The notes beneath the pieces are model-generated. The model saw only the letters and a list, made by a program, of their open reading frames with translations. It ran no database searches and was not told the DNA's origin. This document shows positions 39,850-54,200 of a stretch of 64,000 nucleotides of DNA, piece after piece. The DNA comes from Octopus vulgaris (Eukaryota): positions 33,418,001-33,482,000 of the forward strand of contig OX597816.1 in the NCBI GenBank assembly GCA_951406725.2, in the 5' to 3' direction. Position 1 is the stretch's first letter. Each line of letters opens with the position of its first letter. The position numbers and the translations under genes are program-made.

Positions 39850-41339
39850 CATATATGTATATATATATATACATACATACATATATGTATATATATATAT
39901 ACATACATATATATACATATATATATACATACATACATATATATATATATATGTGTGTGTGTATATATACGTATGTATGTACTCATGTAATGTGTGTTTA
40001 TATGCATTATAAATGTTGTTTATATTCATTGTATATAACTTTCTTAACCCTCTCTCTCTCTCTCTCTCTGTATGTATATTATGAGAGAAGGGGAGAGAGA
40101 GAAAAATAGAGATACAGAGAGAAAAATAGAAGGAGAGAGAGATAAGCATTGTGTAGGTGTCCATCTTTCTATATCTCTTTGCATATGCGACGTGTAGTTC
40201 TTTCATACACGTAGGTGTATATATTTACTTGTTTGCATTCTGTTCAGATCAATATTCATTACGAGATAACATTTGAAACGTTATGGAATTTGTTGCCATT
40301 TACATTAGGAAGATGTGTCAGAAGATGAGACAGATCTAACCCTTCAACATGTAAATATCACGAAGATACCAACAACACACGAAAGATACATTAGTCACAC
40401 ATTCTGATGTGTTATCAAAGAAGCCTATGAAAAAAACGACTTTCAATAACATTGAGCAACAAAATCTCATAATTAAGTTTTGTTTAACAGTCATTTAAAA
40501 TTCTTAGAAAAAAATATTAATTCAGAGCGAGCTGACACAGTGTCAGATGTAACAAGTCTAACGTTTTGGAAGATTGCCCTTCATTAAAAAGTGAGATTAT
40601 TTAAAGACATTAATCCCTTCGTCGTAAAATGTTAACTGTGACATTTGTATTTAATTTTTTTCTCCACACAAGTCTTAGAAATTTTCTATCTATATGCCGT
40701 ATTTTACTCATTGTGTTGGCTTCTGTTCCTAATGAAACACACAAGCATACACATATATAGCACTTATCTCGCTATGCGTGTGTACATTGTATGTACACAC
40801 ACACACCACACACACATATGATATTCTATATTTTTGCATATATGATACATACATACTCACACCAACGTACACAAGTATATATATATATATATATCTATAT
40901 ATATATATATGTGTGTGTGTGTGTATGCGTGTGTGTGTGTGTCCGTGTATGTGTTTATATCACCCACACGAAAAGACACACACCGCACATAATTGCATAG
41001 AGCTGTGAAGCGAAAAATGGAACGGTAAGTCGCGGCAAAGACGAATTTAAAATTCATTAAAAAACATTAACCTCACAACACACATGCGCACACACACACA
41101 CAAACGCACACACAAACACACACACACACAGACACACACACAGACACACACATATTGCCTGAATGTGTGTCATGAGTCTTTAAGCTGTTATATCAATTAA
41201 TTAAAATTGTAAATGCAAACCTTTTTTTTTATTTGGTGGAGGCGGGTATCGTTATTTTCCTCCAAGCAATTTATGCTCTCCTATTTCAATACTGAAGTAC
41301 ACTTAGAACCCACTAACCTGTTCTTACAATGCACCGACG

Positions 41340-42420
41340 TACGACTACGATTTTAACACTCATCTGTCGATTTTTCTTTTATCCTCTTCCTTTAGGTGAG
41401 ACTATACATCTTTGCATCCTTCTATTATAATCACTTCTTCCCTACACCTCGTTCATCTCTAACTTTTCTCTTCTGTACACGTCTCCACTCTCTCACCTTT
41501 CATTTCCTGTTTATCACTACCCTCTTACCCAATCCCAAGCGCCACAACATCCATATTAGTGACGCTTTTCGATTCACATCAAATAACTAAAAATACTTAC
41601 TCTCAAAATTGCCCTTTGAAATTTCATCTCAATCAAGCAATCATAATTTTGCTCCACGTATCATCTCATTCAACATCACTTTGTCCTTCGCTTTGCTTCG
41701 AACAGCGTATCTCTCACTGTTTTTTATGAAACGAAAAGATTAATCATTTTTCTATAAGTATTCACACTCTTTCCAATTCTCCACCTGTTTGTTCTAATTT
41801 GCACTGTACCTTCAACAGAATCATACGCATATCAAGCTTACTACTCCTCAACATTTCCCTCCAAACCCATGCTTGCATCTCTCACATCCTCCACAAACAC
41901 TCACTTATCAACATTCATCAACTCCACGCCTATTCACATGCCTAGCACAGCTTCCACGTACACCTCCTTTCGACCAGACTCCTACATGCATCACGACAAT
42001 TTAATTAAATATTCATACACATATATGCACAAAAACCTGCTTTATCTACAACCTTATTCCTTTAGCAAACAAACATAGCAGCATGTAGACATAGACACCG
42101 AAGTTCACCTACTCTTCGTTCACTGATACACCTAACACATATTATCCACCATTTTGCTCTTAATTCATCCTTTTTCTGATCGATTATTTTTCTTGAATCG
42201 CACCCTCTGTGCTTGTTTGTTCGTTTGTTGGTTTTTTTCGTCTTTTTTTCCTACATTCGTGTTTCTTCTCTACCATTTCTGTTACTTTTGATGAAGGATG
42301 CACGTCTGAAACGGCAATTCTCTTTCCATTCCCATCCGATGATTAAGCTAAGACCTTATTTGACAAATATTTTCGATCAAATTTATCTATGGTATTTTCC
42401 ATTTTGAGCACGCCATATAT
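41340..42420 (+). mobile_element. Degenerate C/T-rich retroelement relic, possibly Penelope-like, with hammerhead-like motif at 42283-42319
   Basis: Strong C/T skew and no intact ORF. TTGATGA-A-GGATG-CA-CGTCT-GAAA-CG-GC lies near the 3' end. Confidence 0.3.
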
Positions 42421-42599
42421 CTAAAGCTTTACCTGACTTCATCCTTGAATTCTAGATTATATTTCCACCCAAACTTCCTTGGATATACTTTCAGTAATTT
42501 GCGGTACTATATGTTTATATGTTCATAAGCACATATATATCCTGCTAGTACTAAATTTTTCACTTACTACATTGTAACAGAAACAATAATTTTAATACA

Positions 42600-43150
42600 T
42601 GGATGGCCTGAAGATATATACAGAATATGAGACCGTCCTGGATTCTCTGGTCCATACAAAAGTGTGCTCAAAATACAAGATTTGTATACGCTCATTTTCA
42701 TTCACAAACTAACACTGTGTTCAATACACAAATGATGGGAAAGTTTTCGAAAAGCAATTATCGATTTAGATAGTCTAACATTGATTTTGGCACCAAAATT
42801 ATTGTACTTCCAAAATATTTAAATGGCCTGACCCATTTACGTTGCTTATTGTCATTCATCCCATTTGAAATTTGGGTGTGTTCTCTCCTAGGACTTGGTT
42901 TGAATAAATCTTCAGTCTACTCAAATCTGATAATCAGTCCAAATGCATGAGCTGCCGCCCCACACCTGTCGAATATTTTCTGAATTACTTTAAATGTAAT
43001 GGATTAAAGTAATGCTTCTTTTCCATTCAGGCTAAGGAAGGGTCACGCTTACAATATATCTTCTATCTCTATAGTCTTCCAACAGATTAAATTACAACAT
43101 TCTCTCCCTAACAGTAATAAAGCGGAACAATTCTATCCTCGACCAAGAAC
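42600..43150 (-). mobile_element. Decayed RTE-like LINE reverse transcriptase fragment
   Basis: Minus-strand remnants QKIFDRCGAAAHAFGLII and VRPFKYFGST resemble the RT 'aa..FGL.I...KT' and 'V..FkYLGS' motifs. Multiple stops. Confidence 0.55.
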
Positions 43151-43344
43151 GTCAATTATAAGGAATGTAGGAATACGTGATAACGTTAGTGACAAAACAT
43201 ATATTACGATGCACATTAAAATACATTTATATTCTGATAGCGAAAACTGCAATCAACTTCGTAAGTTCTAGAACCCTTTCGGGATACACCCAGTTGTTTT
43301 CCGAATCGCCTTATTTTTGACATTCTGTTAGTATTTGAGAGAAC

Positions 43345-43979
<635 letters not shown>

Positions 43980-44281
43980 TTTTAATGTGAAAAATCTGGC
44001 AAAAGTCAAAATGTCTCCATGATAAATTCAATTGACGTCAGAAACAACGATATCAGCCCAGCTAGTTCTGCTATAGTTCACTTGCAGTATAAAATAGAAA
44101 GTAGCAGATAATGGCCTTTTTGTATGAAATTGCTGAAGCAAAATCTCGAAGATAAAATTAAATTCAATGAAATCAATTTTCATTGAAAAACTAAAATAAA
44201 AACAACAACAAAACCAAAATAGATAAATAGATGCATATTTCCTGTAGAACTGAAATTGAATTAAATTATACAATAAAGGTA

Positions 44282-44318
<37 letters not shown>

Positions 44319-44616
44319 GAGTTGCTGCTGCTGCTGCGAGTGTGGTGTCATTGCTATTGTTGAAGCAAAGCTACAGTAAATATTTAATAACAATAATTGC
44401 TATTCCTGAATCTGGCACCATGATAACTATTTCGAGAATTTTAACATCCTACTACTACTACTACTACTACCATCACCACCACCACTACCCTCACTATTAT
44501 CTCCATTTCTACCATTACAATTATTGAGTGAGGGAGCAGCGCATACCATCAAATTGACTAGGGTACAAATATACGAAGCCTAATATATATATCATGACTA
44601 GCCGTCTGATGAGGGT

Positions 44617-45000
44617 AGAAATGTTAATACGCCGGGCGAAATGCTTAGCGGTATTTCGTCTACCGCTACCTTCTGAGTTCAAATTCCGCCGAGGTCGACT
44701 TTGCCTTTCATCCTTTCGGGGTCGATTAAATAAGTAGCAGTTACGCACTGAGGTCGATAGAATCAACTTAATCCGTTTGTCTGTCTTTGTTTGTACTCTC
44801 TGTGTTTAGCCCCTTGTGGGTAGTAAAGAAATATGTATTTCGTCTGTCTTTTCGTTCTGAGTTCAAATTCCTCCGATGTCGACTTTGCCTTTCATCCTTT
44901 CAGGGTCGATGAATTAAGTACTAGTTGTGTACTGGGGTCGATCTAGTTGACTGATCCCTACCTCACCAAAAATTTCGCGCATTGTGTCTAGAGTAGAAAA
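44617..45000 (+). mobile_element. Two adjacent SINE family B copies with different 3' tails
   Basis: GAGTTCAAATTCC...GTCGACTTTGCCTTTCATCC occurs twice. The tails are TTTGTCTGTC...CCCCTTGTGGG and CAAAAATTTC...GTAGAAAAGATT-(ATT)n. Confidence 0.85.
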
Positions 45001-45001
45001 G

Positions 45002-45051
<50 letters not shown>

Positions 45052-45054
45052 TAC

Positions 45055-45480
45055 TACATTGCATGCACTGATGTATTTTATTTGGAATCAATGTTGTCAC
45101 AACTAAATTCCTTAGATGTCGAGGACCTTCCTAGCAAACTTTGCTGTTTGTAATAGAGTGCATTTTTGTATTAATGCAACTTCCGTATGCCCTTCTTAGT
45201 AAGGAAACTAATACGTCTATCAGTAACGGTAACAAGGGAACGTAAAACGACTGAGATTACGTTTGCAGAAATCCCCCACAGTCTTGGCATTCCTGAAATC
45301 AAATTCTGGTATTTTCCAGTTTTGTCCATCTATGATGATGCACACTTTTGACACTTTCCTCAAAATGATAATGTCTGGCTGTCTTGTTGGCATGCTACTC
45401 ATAAACACAAACATTTGCATGACAATGACTCATAATATTTTTAGTCTTGACATGATTACAAGTGAGAGAAATAGAAGCCG
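45055..45480 (-). mobile_element. Degenerate R4/Dong-like LINE 3' fragment
   Basis: Minus strand gives RQPDIIILRKVSKVCIIID and IQKCTLLQTAKFARKVLDI*. Ends in the (TAA)n tract at 45002-45050. Confidence 0.7.
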
Positions 45481-45617
45481 TCTCGGTAAACGTCGGCCTC
45501 CCGCAGGTAATATCCAATTCATTTTGTTTTCTATTGAAAAGATGAAGGAATAACAATGTAAATATGCATGTAGATTTATGTAAAATGGAATAGACTAAAT
45601 ACAGTATATATGCCTGT

Positions 45618-46155
45618 TTGTTTGTTCCTTATCGAGCCATGCCTGGCTCGTAAGGGCCGGTTTCCTGGTTTCTTGGCGTATAGGTTCTCCACCTGGACGG
45701 GACGCCGGTCCGTCGCAGGTGAGCTGCCAGATGCAGGAGGAAAGAGTGAGAGAAAGTTGTGGCGAAAGAGTCAGCAGAAGTTCGCCATTACCTTCTGCCG
45801 GAGCCGCGTGGAGCTTAGGTGTTTTAGCTCATAAACACACACATCACCCGGTCTGAGATTCGAACCCGCGAGTCCGCTGCTTTAACCAATAGGCCATGTG
45901 CCTCCACTTCGCCCTTTTACAGTCTAGCCAGGCTCATGGGCCTGGTTTCTCGGTTTCAATGGCGTATGTCTTCCCCAGCTGGACGGGACGCCAGTCCATC
46001 GCAGCGTTACTCAATTTTGCCAGCTGATTGGATTGGAGCAACGTGAAATGAAGTGTTTTGCTCAAGACACAACGCGTCGCCCGGTCCAGGAATCGAAACC
46101 ACAATCTTACGATAGTGATGCTGACGCCCTAACCACTAAGCCACGTGCCACCACT
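45618..46155 (-). mobile_element. Head-to-tail pair of tRNA-derived SINEs (45618-45908 and 45909-46155), both with V-domain-like tails
   Basis: Two A/B-box heads (TGGCTTAGTGG..GGTTTCGATTCC and TGGCCTATTGG..GGTTCGAATCT). Both tails contain CTGCGA(T/C)GGAC(T/C)GGCGTCCCGTCCAG. Confidence 0.85.
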
Positions 46156-46969
46156 AGTATATTTGCCTGTGTATCTATGAGTATGTTTTACTGTCTAGTC
46201 TCAGTTTAACCTTGGTCCAGTGCATGCTAGCCATAACTATTACATCTTATGCTAGCCATAACTATTACATTGTCTAAATTGTTTTGCATTTTAAGTCAAT
46301 TCAAAATGTGATATTTAATAGGTATATTTGGTATATCTATCAAGAAGTATAGACACTACGTAGGAACTACATTTTGCTCGTTAGTTATTTGTGCCAGTGA
46401 GTGTATATTGTGATATTGCCTTGCACATGTGAGCGTGAGGCTAAGAATGTGAAGGACGTGTGTACAATTGCTTGTATGCAAATGTATTTCCAAACATGAG
46501 GGTATGTGAGCAGAGGAGCTCGTATGTAAATGCATTTCCAAAGTTTAGTCTTCAATTTAATAACTGGAAATAATACAAGGATACAGATAATATGGAAACA
46601 CAAGGTTAAAATAAACGATATACGGAATACCAAAAAATACTATTTTTGGTGTGAAAAAAGGACAAATTCTCAAAGTGTTCATAAACCCTTAGAAGATACT
46701 CGTATTTAGAAAATGATACAGTAATGTAAACATTTATGAGTTTGCAATAAAATGGAAAAACTTTAAATGTTTATCCTCGAATGATAAAAGCATAAATTAG
46801 GTTTGACACATATAACACATACTCACATACATAATTATGCATATTACATAAGCAGAGTGTGTGTATATAAGCACGTGCGTCAGCATGTGTCTATATGTGT
46901 ATATATACATAATATAGGTGTCTGCATATATACACACATGTAACGTGTATACTTTTAATAGATATCAGT

Positions 46970-47330
46970 TATGTTTTACTAGTTTCAGTCTTTAGTTTCC
47001 AGTCATGCTGGGGTATTATATTGAAGAATTTTAGTCGAAGGAATCGACCCCAAAATTTTTCTTTTTAAAGTCTGGTACTTATTCTATCCAGCGCTCTTGT
47101 CTAACCGCTAAGTTACAGGTCGTAAAGACACCAAGACCTGTTTTCAAGCGGTGATGATTGGACAAACACACCGGGACATATATATGTACAACAAGTTTCT
47201 TTCAGCTTCCGTCTACCAAATCCACTGATAATGATTTTGTCGGCCCGATGCTATATTAGAAGACACTTGCCTTAATTACCACTCAGCGGGACTAAACTCG
47301 GAACCATCTGATAGGGGGGAAAATTTCTTG
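46970..47330 (-). mobile_element. SINE family A copy
   Basis: Matches 1-382 (AATCGACCCCA...CTGGTACTTATTCTA...ACCGCTAAGTTAC...AGAAGACACTTG). Confidence 0.75.
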
Positions 47331-47826
47331 CGCACACTTTCATACACATAGAAGCGTTACAATATCTGATAAAATGCTTTGCCGTTTTTCTTCCGCTTGA
47401 AGGTGGCTGCAGGCAGAACCGTTAGCACGCTGGACAAAATGCTTAGCGGCATTTAATCATCCGTCTTTACCTTCAGAGTTTAAATTCCGCTGAGGTTGAC
47501 TTTACCGTTTGTCCTTTCGAGGTCGATAAAATAAGAAGGATTTGAGTACTGGGGTCAATGAAAACGTCTTTTCCCTAATCTGATATCTGCTTATCTACAT
47601 AAAAATCTGTCTACAAGTTTATTATTGGTATCTATGTGAATGCGCATGCAATCACACACACACCGTCACATACACAGATGTGTACACCGTCACGCCCAAA
47701 CATACACATATGACGAACTTCAAATGTTGTGCCCTTTATTAGTTATTGGTCAACTCGAAGCGAATACTGCGAACTCTTGTCGGAGAAGTTTCACACAGTC
47801 AAACATGGAAACATGTTCACACAGAT

Positions 47827-47882
<56 letters not shown>

Positions 47883-48045
47883 GTAAATATACATACATAA
47901 TATATATATTTGTATATACGTATGTATATATTCGTACATACGTATATATGTATACATATACATGTGTGAGTATATATGTAATTATATGCATGTCTACTTG
48001 CCGATGCATCTACCTACCTACCTACCTACCTACCTACCTACCTAC

Positions 48046-48081
<36 letters not shown>

Positions 48082-48119
48082 TAATCTATCTATCAATCTA
48101 TCAATCTATCTATCCATTC

Positions 48120-48200
<81 letters not shown>

Positions 48201-48690
48201 GCTATCTATCTATCTATCTATCTATCAATTCATCTTACTGTTTCCTTTCTCTCGTAACAAAACAATCTCATTTCGCACGTAGATTCTCTTTACTTTTATA
48301 AAGTTATTTTCCTCTAATTCAATCAGCTGCCACTTTTAATGTTTCAAATGTTTTTCTCAATGTATTTATGCATCATACATTCATTCACTTCTGCGCAAAA
48401 ATGTATAGTGATGACAATTATATTTAAAGAAAAGACTATAAATTAGATTATTTTCATGTCGATAGAGTTGTTTGAGTAGAGTGTCATTATGAATATATAT
48501 GCATGTTTCCAAATCACATTTCACAGCCATCTACAAACATAAAGTCTTGTTCAAGGAAGCGTAGAATGTCAGTGAATGAACATGCTTAAGACTAAGCAAA
48601 CGTAGAAAAAGAGAAACGGAGATGGAAACACGACATATCCAGCGTAATTCCTTTGACTGCTCGTTCAGAAAAGACTAATTGATAAGTGAA

Positions 48691-48737
<47 letters not shown>

Positions 48738-49019
48738 CAGATTAAAGATTTTAATTATTTTTCTTACGTTATTACAAGATATCTAATACTGAAACTTCGT
48801 GTATAATTTCATACGCCTCGGCTAGTTTTATTATTTATTGCAAATCATCAAATATTTAAAACTACAATAAGAATGTAACATGAATGAGTTAAATTTTGCA
48901 AACATCAGATATTTTGCGAGCGTAAACAGAAAAGCAAAACCGCACGAGATGCTTGAATGACACACCGACTTTTAATTTAGTGATAAATACAATTATGGAT
49001 ATATATACATATATGAGAA

Positions 49020-49177
<158 letters not shown>

Positions 49178-49592
49178 AGAAAAGATAGATAAAATAGCAA
49201 TGGGAAACTCGAGGTTTACACTGGCATGTATTTAATTAAATAGGTAGTTATATATTGTTACTATTATGTTAAACTCTCGTATGTCCAAATTTGGCCAAAA
49301 ACATTTTTTTTTTTCAATATTTATATTTGCTTCCAATCCCCAGTTCTTTTGGTCAGATTATCGTATCTCCAGTTGCTTTTGATGCAACGATATCAAAAAT
49401 TGTGAAAGGGTTGTGCAACAGTTTTGCTATGGAATGGTGAAGTTAAATTTTCGTCTTCCGAAAAAGTAACGTTTTAGACCTACGACACATTTTGCGTCAC
49501 AACAACAACGATATATATATATATTGATAAAACGGTAAGATAACAAAAGAAAGAAAGAGACCTCAATATTATGTAAATAGAGGAAATTTATC

Positions 49593-49656
49593 TATACAAT
49601 ATGTTACATTACTCGGTAGTCAAGATAATTATCTTGACTACCGAGTAATGTAACAT

Positions 49657-49664
<8 letters not shown>
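49593..49664. repeat. Perfect 72-bp palindrome with no loop
   Basis: TATACAATATGTTACATTACTCGGTAGTCAAGATAA|TTATCTTGACTACCGAGTAATGTAACATATTGTATA, with the centre at 49628/49629. Confidence 0.95.
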
Positions 49665-49703
<39 letters not shown>

Positions 49704-49793
49704 AAGAAATTAGTCTAGGTTTCGTGTGAAGGTAATGAAACATTTTTCTTCTTTGAATTCATTTCGGGCAATGTTAAATACCGCGGGGCCTTA

Positions 49794-49852
<59 letters not shown>

Positions 49853-52059
49853 CAAAAGTAAAAAGTAAGTTATTTCTCGAGTCATACCAACTCATTAGGG
49901 CCGGTTTAATGGTTTCATAGATGCTGGTCCGTTGCAAAATTACTCGTTTGTGCCAGCTGGGTGGTCTGGAGCAATGTGCTATAAAGTGTTTTGCTAAAAA
50001 AACCGGTTGCCTGGTCTAGGAATCTAAACCAAAATCTTATGATCACGAATCCAACATCCTAACCAAGCATTTCCGCTTCACACATACACGCACACACACA
50101 CACGAACATATATATATGATGAGTTTCTTTCAATTTCCGTCTCTCAAATCCACTGAAGAGCCTGGTCGGCCCGAGGCAGCAGTAGAAGGCACTTGCGCAA
50201 GGTGCCACGCAGTGCAACTGAAGCCGGAACCATGTGGTTGGGAAGCAAGTTTTAAAACAGAATTTACCTAAGATTGACCAAGAATGTACACAGCTCTTTA
50301 TCTACCTAGAAACAGCAGCTTAATCTTACTTCAACTCACTATCTGACTAGTTAAAAATGGATTGTTACACTTAACAATATATTATAGTTATAAAATACAG
50401 CCTGTTTGAAATAGAAACAGACGGGATGATCACGGATGAAAACCATTTGATCATATACTTTTCAGGATTGATCTGGGATCAAACAGCAGTAGCAGCCACT
50501 CAAAATTACAAACAATGCTCATATGATAATCTACATAAATTACGCAGTACGAAGAATTTCATGATAATCATTCTTCAAGTATGCGTCCTCAAAGTAAAAT
50601 GCTGTACTTCATTATGGTAATCAAACATTGAAATCTTGAATAGGTCTTGAACAAATAAGTCGAAAATATCTTTCTATAATTTAGTATATATCCAATCTTC
50701 CTTCTGAATTATTTTTGAACACCACAGCAAAGAAAGCAAACATCCTATGCCAAAGTGATACTTGTATGTGGGTACTTTGCGTGGGTACTTTGTATGGGTA
50801 CTTTTTCGTAGTAACCATATGTCGCTCACATATTCTGCCTGTAAACTTTGAATGATGTGGGCTTAGATACCTCTTAAAACTGGCTCTATTTCTGGTTGTT
50901 TCAACTTGTTATCTGCTCGATCAGCGCTGATCTGGCGTCAATCAAATACAAGAGCAATAATCAACGATTTCCCGCCAGTGGTCGATAGAAGTTTTCGCTG
51001 CAAGTCAGCTGTATCTGGAGATATGGCTTTTTTCAAAAGGAGCTTTTTATAAGATTATGTATGTTGCACCACTTCACCCTGTTTAAAATATTGATTTATT
51101 CTAATTTTCAATTTGCCTAAATGTCCTGAATTTCAAGCGAGCGGGGAATCGAAGGGTTGTCCTTATATAAGGATACTTGTAGCGTTATAAAAGAGAAAAA
51201 AAATTTCAGATGGGAATTGTAATATCTCTTTGAAAATAGTCTGATTGAAGCTTCTTCCTGCTCTACGGCGCCTAACATTTTAAACCACATCAATTATTCA
51301 TTACCATTATATAAACAGAAATGGTTTTGCTGACATGATAATGGTTTATATGTTAGAATTTCAGTTCTAATGTACGTTCGCTCTAAATATTTGACATGCG
51401 CATTTTATAAAATGTATGATTAAATTAAATGATTACAATATTTGTCAATTTTTAGCGAAATTAAGATTGAAATACCCATCCAGTTAGATAGATTAATAAT
51501 ATTTTACATTCGATACTACTTTTGGTTCAAAAGTTCTGTTTTAAATAAAATGTGACTTGTCATGTTCATATAATCTTTAACTGGATAGATTTGATCGTTG
51601 AGCACGAGTATGTTTCATAACCGGGTTAAAACATATGTTAGTCTTCTGCGGTACTACTGGAACAGGAGATTTCGAGTTCTGAAAGGAAATAAATTGTGAA
51701 AAATGGTTTGTGGATTTTCAGAAAGGAATCATAATCCTGGTGACATGTTGAGGAGAGTTTTGTTCAATATATTTTCTACTAGAGGCAGAAAGGAAGTGAC
51801 TTCGTGGGGCATCTTTGATTATGCTTTGGTGACTTATGTAAGACAAAATGTTCCAGCATTGGTTTTGCTAGAATTTGAACTCCGACTGTAAAGGAATAAA
51901 TTTTAAAATGGCCTATCCACTTGCCGGGTATCTTACGATTATGATATATATATATATATATATATTGTGAGAGAGAGAGAGAAAGAAAGAGAGAGATGGC
52001 GACAGTGTCTGTGTATATATATATATATATATACATAACTTCAGCAATGTAACTACACA

Positions 52060-52245
52060 CGTGCTGTTCGTGATTTCTTTCCCTTCTTTGCACTTCTCCT
52101 TTTCTCTTTCCCGACTAAGGGCTATGCTCCAAACGTCAAACACTCTCTCTTTTTATTGAAAGTCAAACTAATACATTCCTTTTGCACGTCGTCTTGTAGT
52201 CTCTTATTGTTCATTTTATTGTTTGTTTATTTGAATGAACAATAT
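52060..52245 (+). mobile_element. Penelope-like terminal relic with decayed hammerhead at 52107-52140
   Basis: TTTC-CCGACTA-A-GGGC-TAT-GCTC-CAAA-CG-TC-AAA followed by CTAATACAT...GTCGTCTT, paralleling the minus strand of 5746-5935. Confidence 0.4.
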
Positions 52246-53787
52246 ATATTAGAGAGAGAGCTTGGGAGAGAGAAATAAAGAGAGAGACAGAGACAGACAA
52301 ACAGACAGACGTACAGAGAGGATGGGAGAGGGAGAAAGGGAAAGTGAAGAGAGTGAGGGGAGAGATGTAAAAATGTAAAATGAGAACTTGACGTTTACTT
52401 GGTGAGATTGTTGATATGTCGATGTGTTGATGTTGGTATTTAGTTTAATAATCTCAGTAAAGATGAAAGGCAACTCTTGTGGGATCGGATTCCGGGTGTT
52501 GAGTAACAGCAATCAATGCTGTAAGGTATTTAATCTGTTTCATTAATATACCTGTCATTCTAACTCAATTAGAATGTTGATAGAAACAGTGAACGAGGGA
52601 GATGTAAAGGATTATGTGAAATGCCGACAAGCATGCTTTTAACACGATGCACTTTGAACAGCTGCTTGAAGCAATTTCACTTCAATTACACACGAGTTAA
52701 TGCCCTTGGGAAAGGTATGAATCTGAAATTTTCTCATTTCTTCTCTCCTAAATAATACTCTTGTGCCTACTCAAAAGAAACTAATATTAACAGCAACAGT
52801 GTCGAGAAAAATAATGTTTTTTTTTTCAAAATCTTGAGAATAAAAAGCTAAATTAAACACAGCAATAAACCGTAAAATCATCAACAATGAAAAACCTTCT
52901 ACAGCAAGAACAACAAAATACAAGGACAACAACAACACCGACAATAGTATCTGAGGTGTGCCGGTAACAGTTTCAATAAAATAATCTAAAACCCCAGAAT
53001 AGTTGTTATGTCGAACATTGTTGCGCTTACTACTACTACTACTACTACTACTACAGTTTATTATTTCCACAAACTCTGGCAACACTTCAATGGTCAGCAG
53101 TTTCCAAAGATATTTTTATCACAGAAAAGCTAATAAACGAAACGAAAAAAAAAAAACGGAAAAGAAGAACCGAAAAGGAATAAAAAGTAGTACTAAAACA
53201 TGCCTGAACAGTGTTGCCGACACGCTTCAATGTATGTCGAACGTTTATTGGCAGATTTCATTGATGACCAACGAGAACGCAAACATGCTCCTCAAAGTTC
53301 ATTTAATTGACACATCCGAATGTGATTTCAAGCTTCTATAAAAGCAACAACGACAAACATTGTTCTGTAAACTGATCATGTTTCCTCATAAATGTACTCA
53401 TGCAATGTTCGAGTAGATAATATGTTTGTTCGTTTCTCGTCTGATAACATGCCAGTTAACATCTACTTGACTTATGCTTCAAATTGTCCAAGGCGGGCAA
53501 TTTGGCATCTTAACTACCAAGTTAGAACTTAAATAAAATTAGGATGATTTGGTGGAGAAATACAGGACATTCCTACACGTAATTTCATTGATTGATAATT
53601 GGTACGATTCAAATGTATCAAAATAGAAGTATGAGAAGCAAATATGGTAGATCAGAAGAATTTGTTAGAGACGCTATATTTTCGGTTGATTTGCCCCCTT
53701 GACACTCGAGCCACATTCCTAGTGCCCCACCTCCACTGAGCACCATACACGTAGACCACTTTCTGCAGCAAATCGAAAAGAATATTT

Positions 53788-54200
53788 GGATCTTTTCGAT
53801 TTGTACAGCAGTTTTTTCGAGCGGTGTCATATGACTCTAGTATCGATCTATTGCATTTCAATCTGTTTTAGGGTTAGGGTTAGTTAGGGTTAGAGTTAGG
53901 GGTGGGGGGAAGGGTATCTTTTTTTCTTCACAAATGTAAATAAACCCGATCTGTTTCTTAAACGAGGGACATATTCATACGGCACAGAATGTATTTTACC
54001 TCAATGGACGTCACTGATTGGTTGAAATTGCAGAAATTGAAGAAAAAAAAGCAACAAATATCTTACAAACTATAGAATTTTCTCAATAAAGCCAAGAGAA
54101 AAAGATGTTTTATAAACACATTCTACAACTATACGAAGTTTAAAATTTTTTAGTTACCTAGAAATTATGTTAAAAACTGCCGTTCAAACCGAAAAGATCC
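53788..54200 (-). mobile_element. Second copy of the same MITE, opposite orientation
   Basis: Reverse-complement match to 2308-2724 over its length. Perfect 8-bp TSD GAATATTT (53780-53787 and 54201-54208). (TTAGGG)-like run at ~53868-53901. Confidence 0.92.

Noticed and set aside
44600-44625. CTGATGAG..GAAA at a repeat junction
   Set aside because: It is formed by juxtaposition of two repeat fragments, and no stems I-III can form.
53003-53341. ORF with apparent signal peptide (MLCRTLLRLLLLLLLL)
   Set aside because: The poly-Leu is a (CTA)n microsatellite, the start is TTG, and the rest is low-complexity with no recognisable motif.
53868-53901. Telomere or chromosome-fusion scar (TTAGGG repeats)
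   Set aside because: It is internal to a MITE with TIRs and TSD, and the same motif is present in the other copy near 2606-2620.
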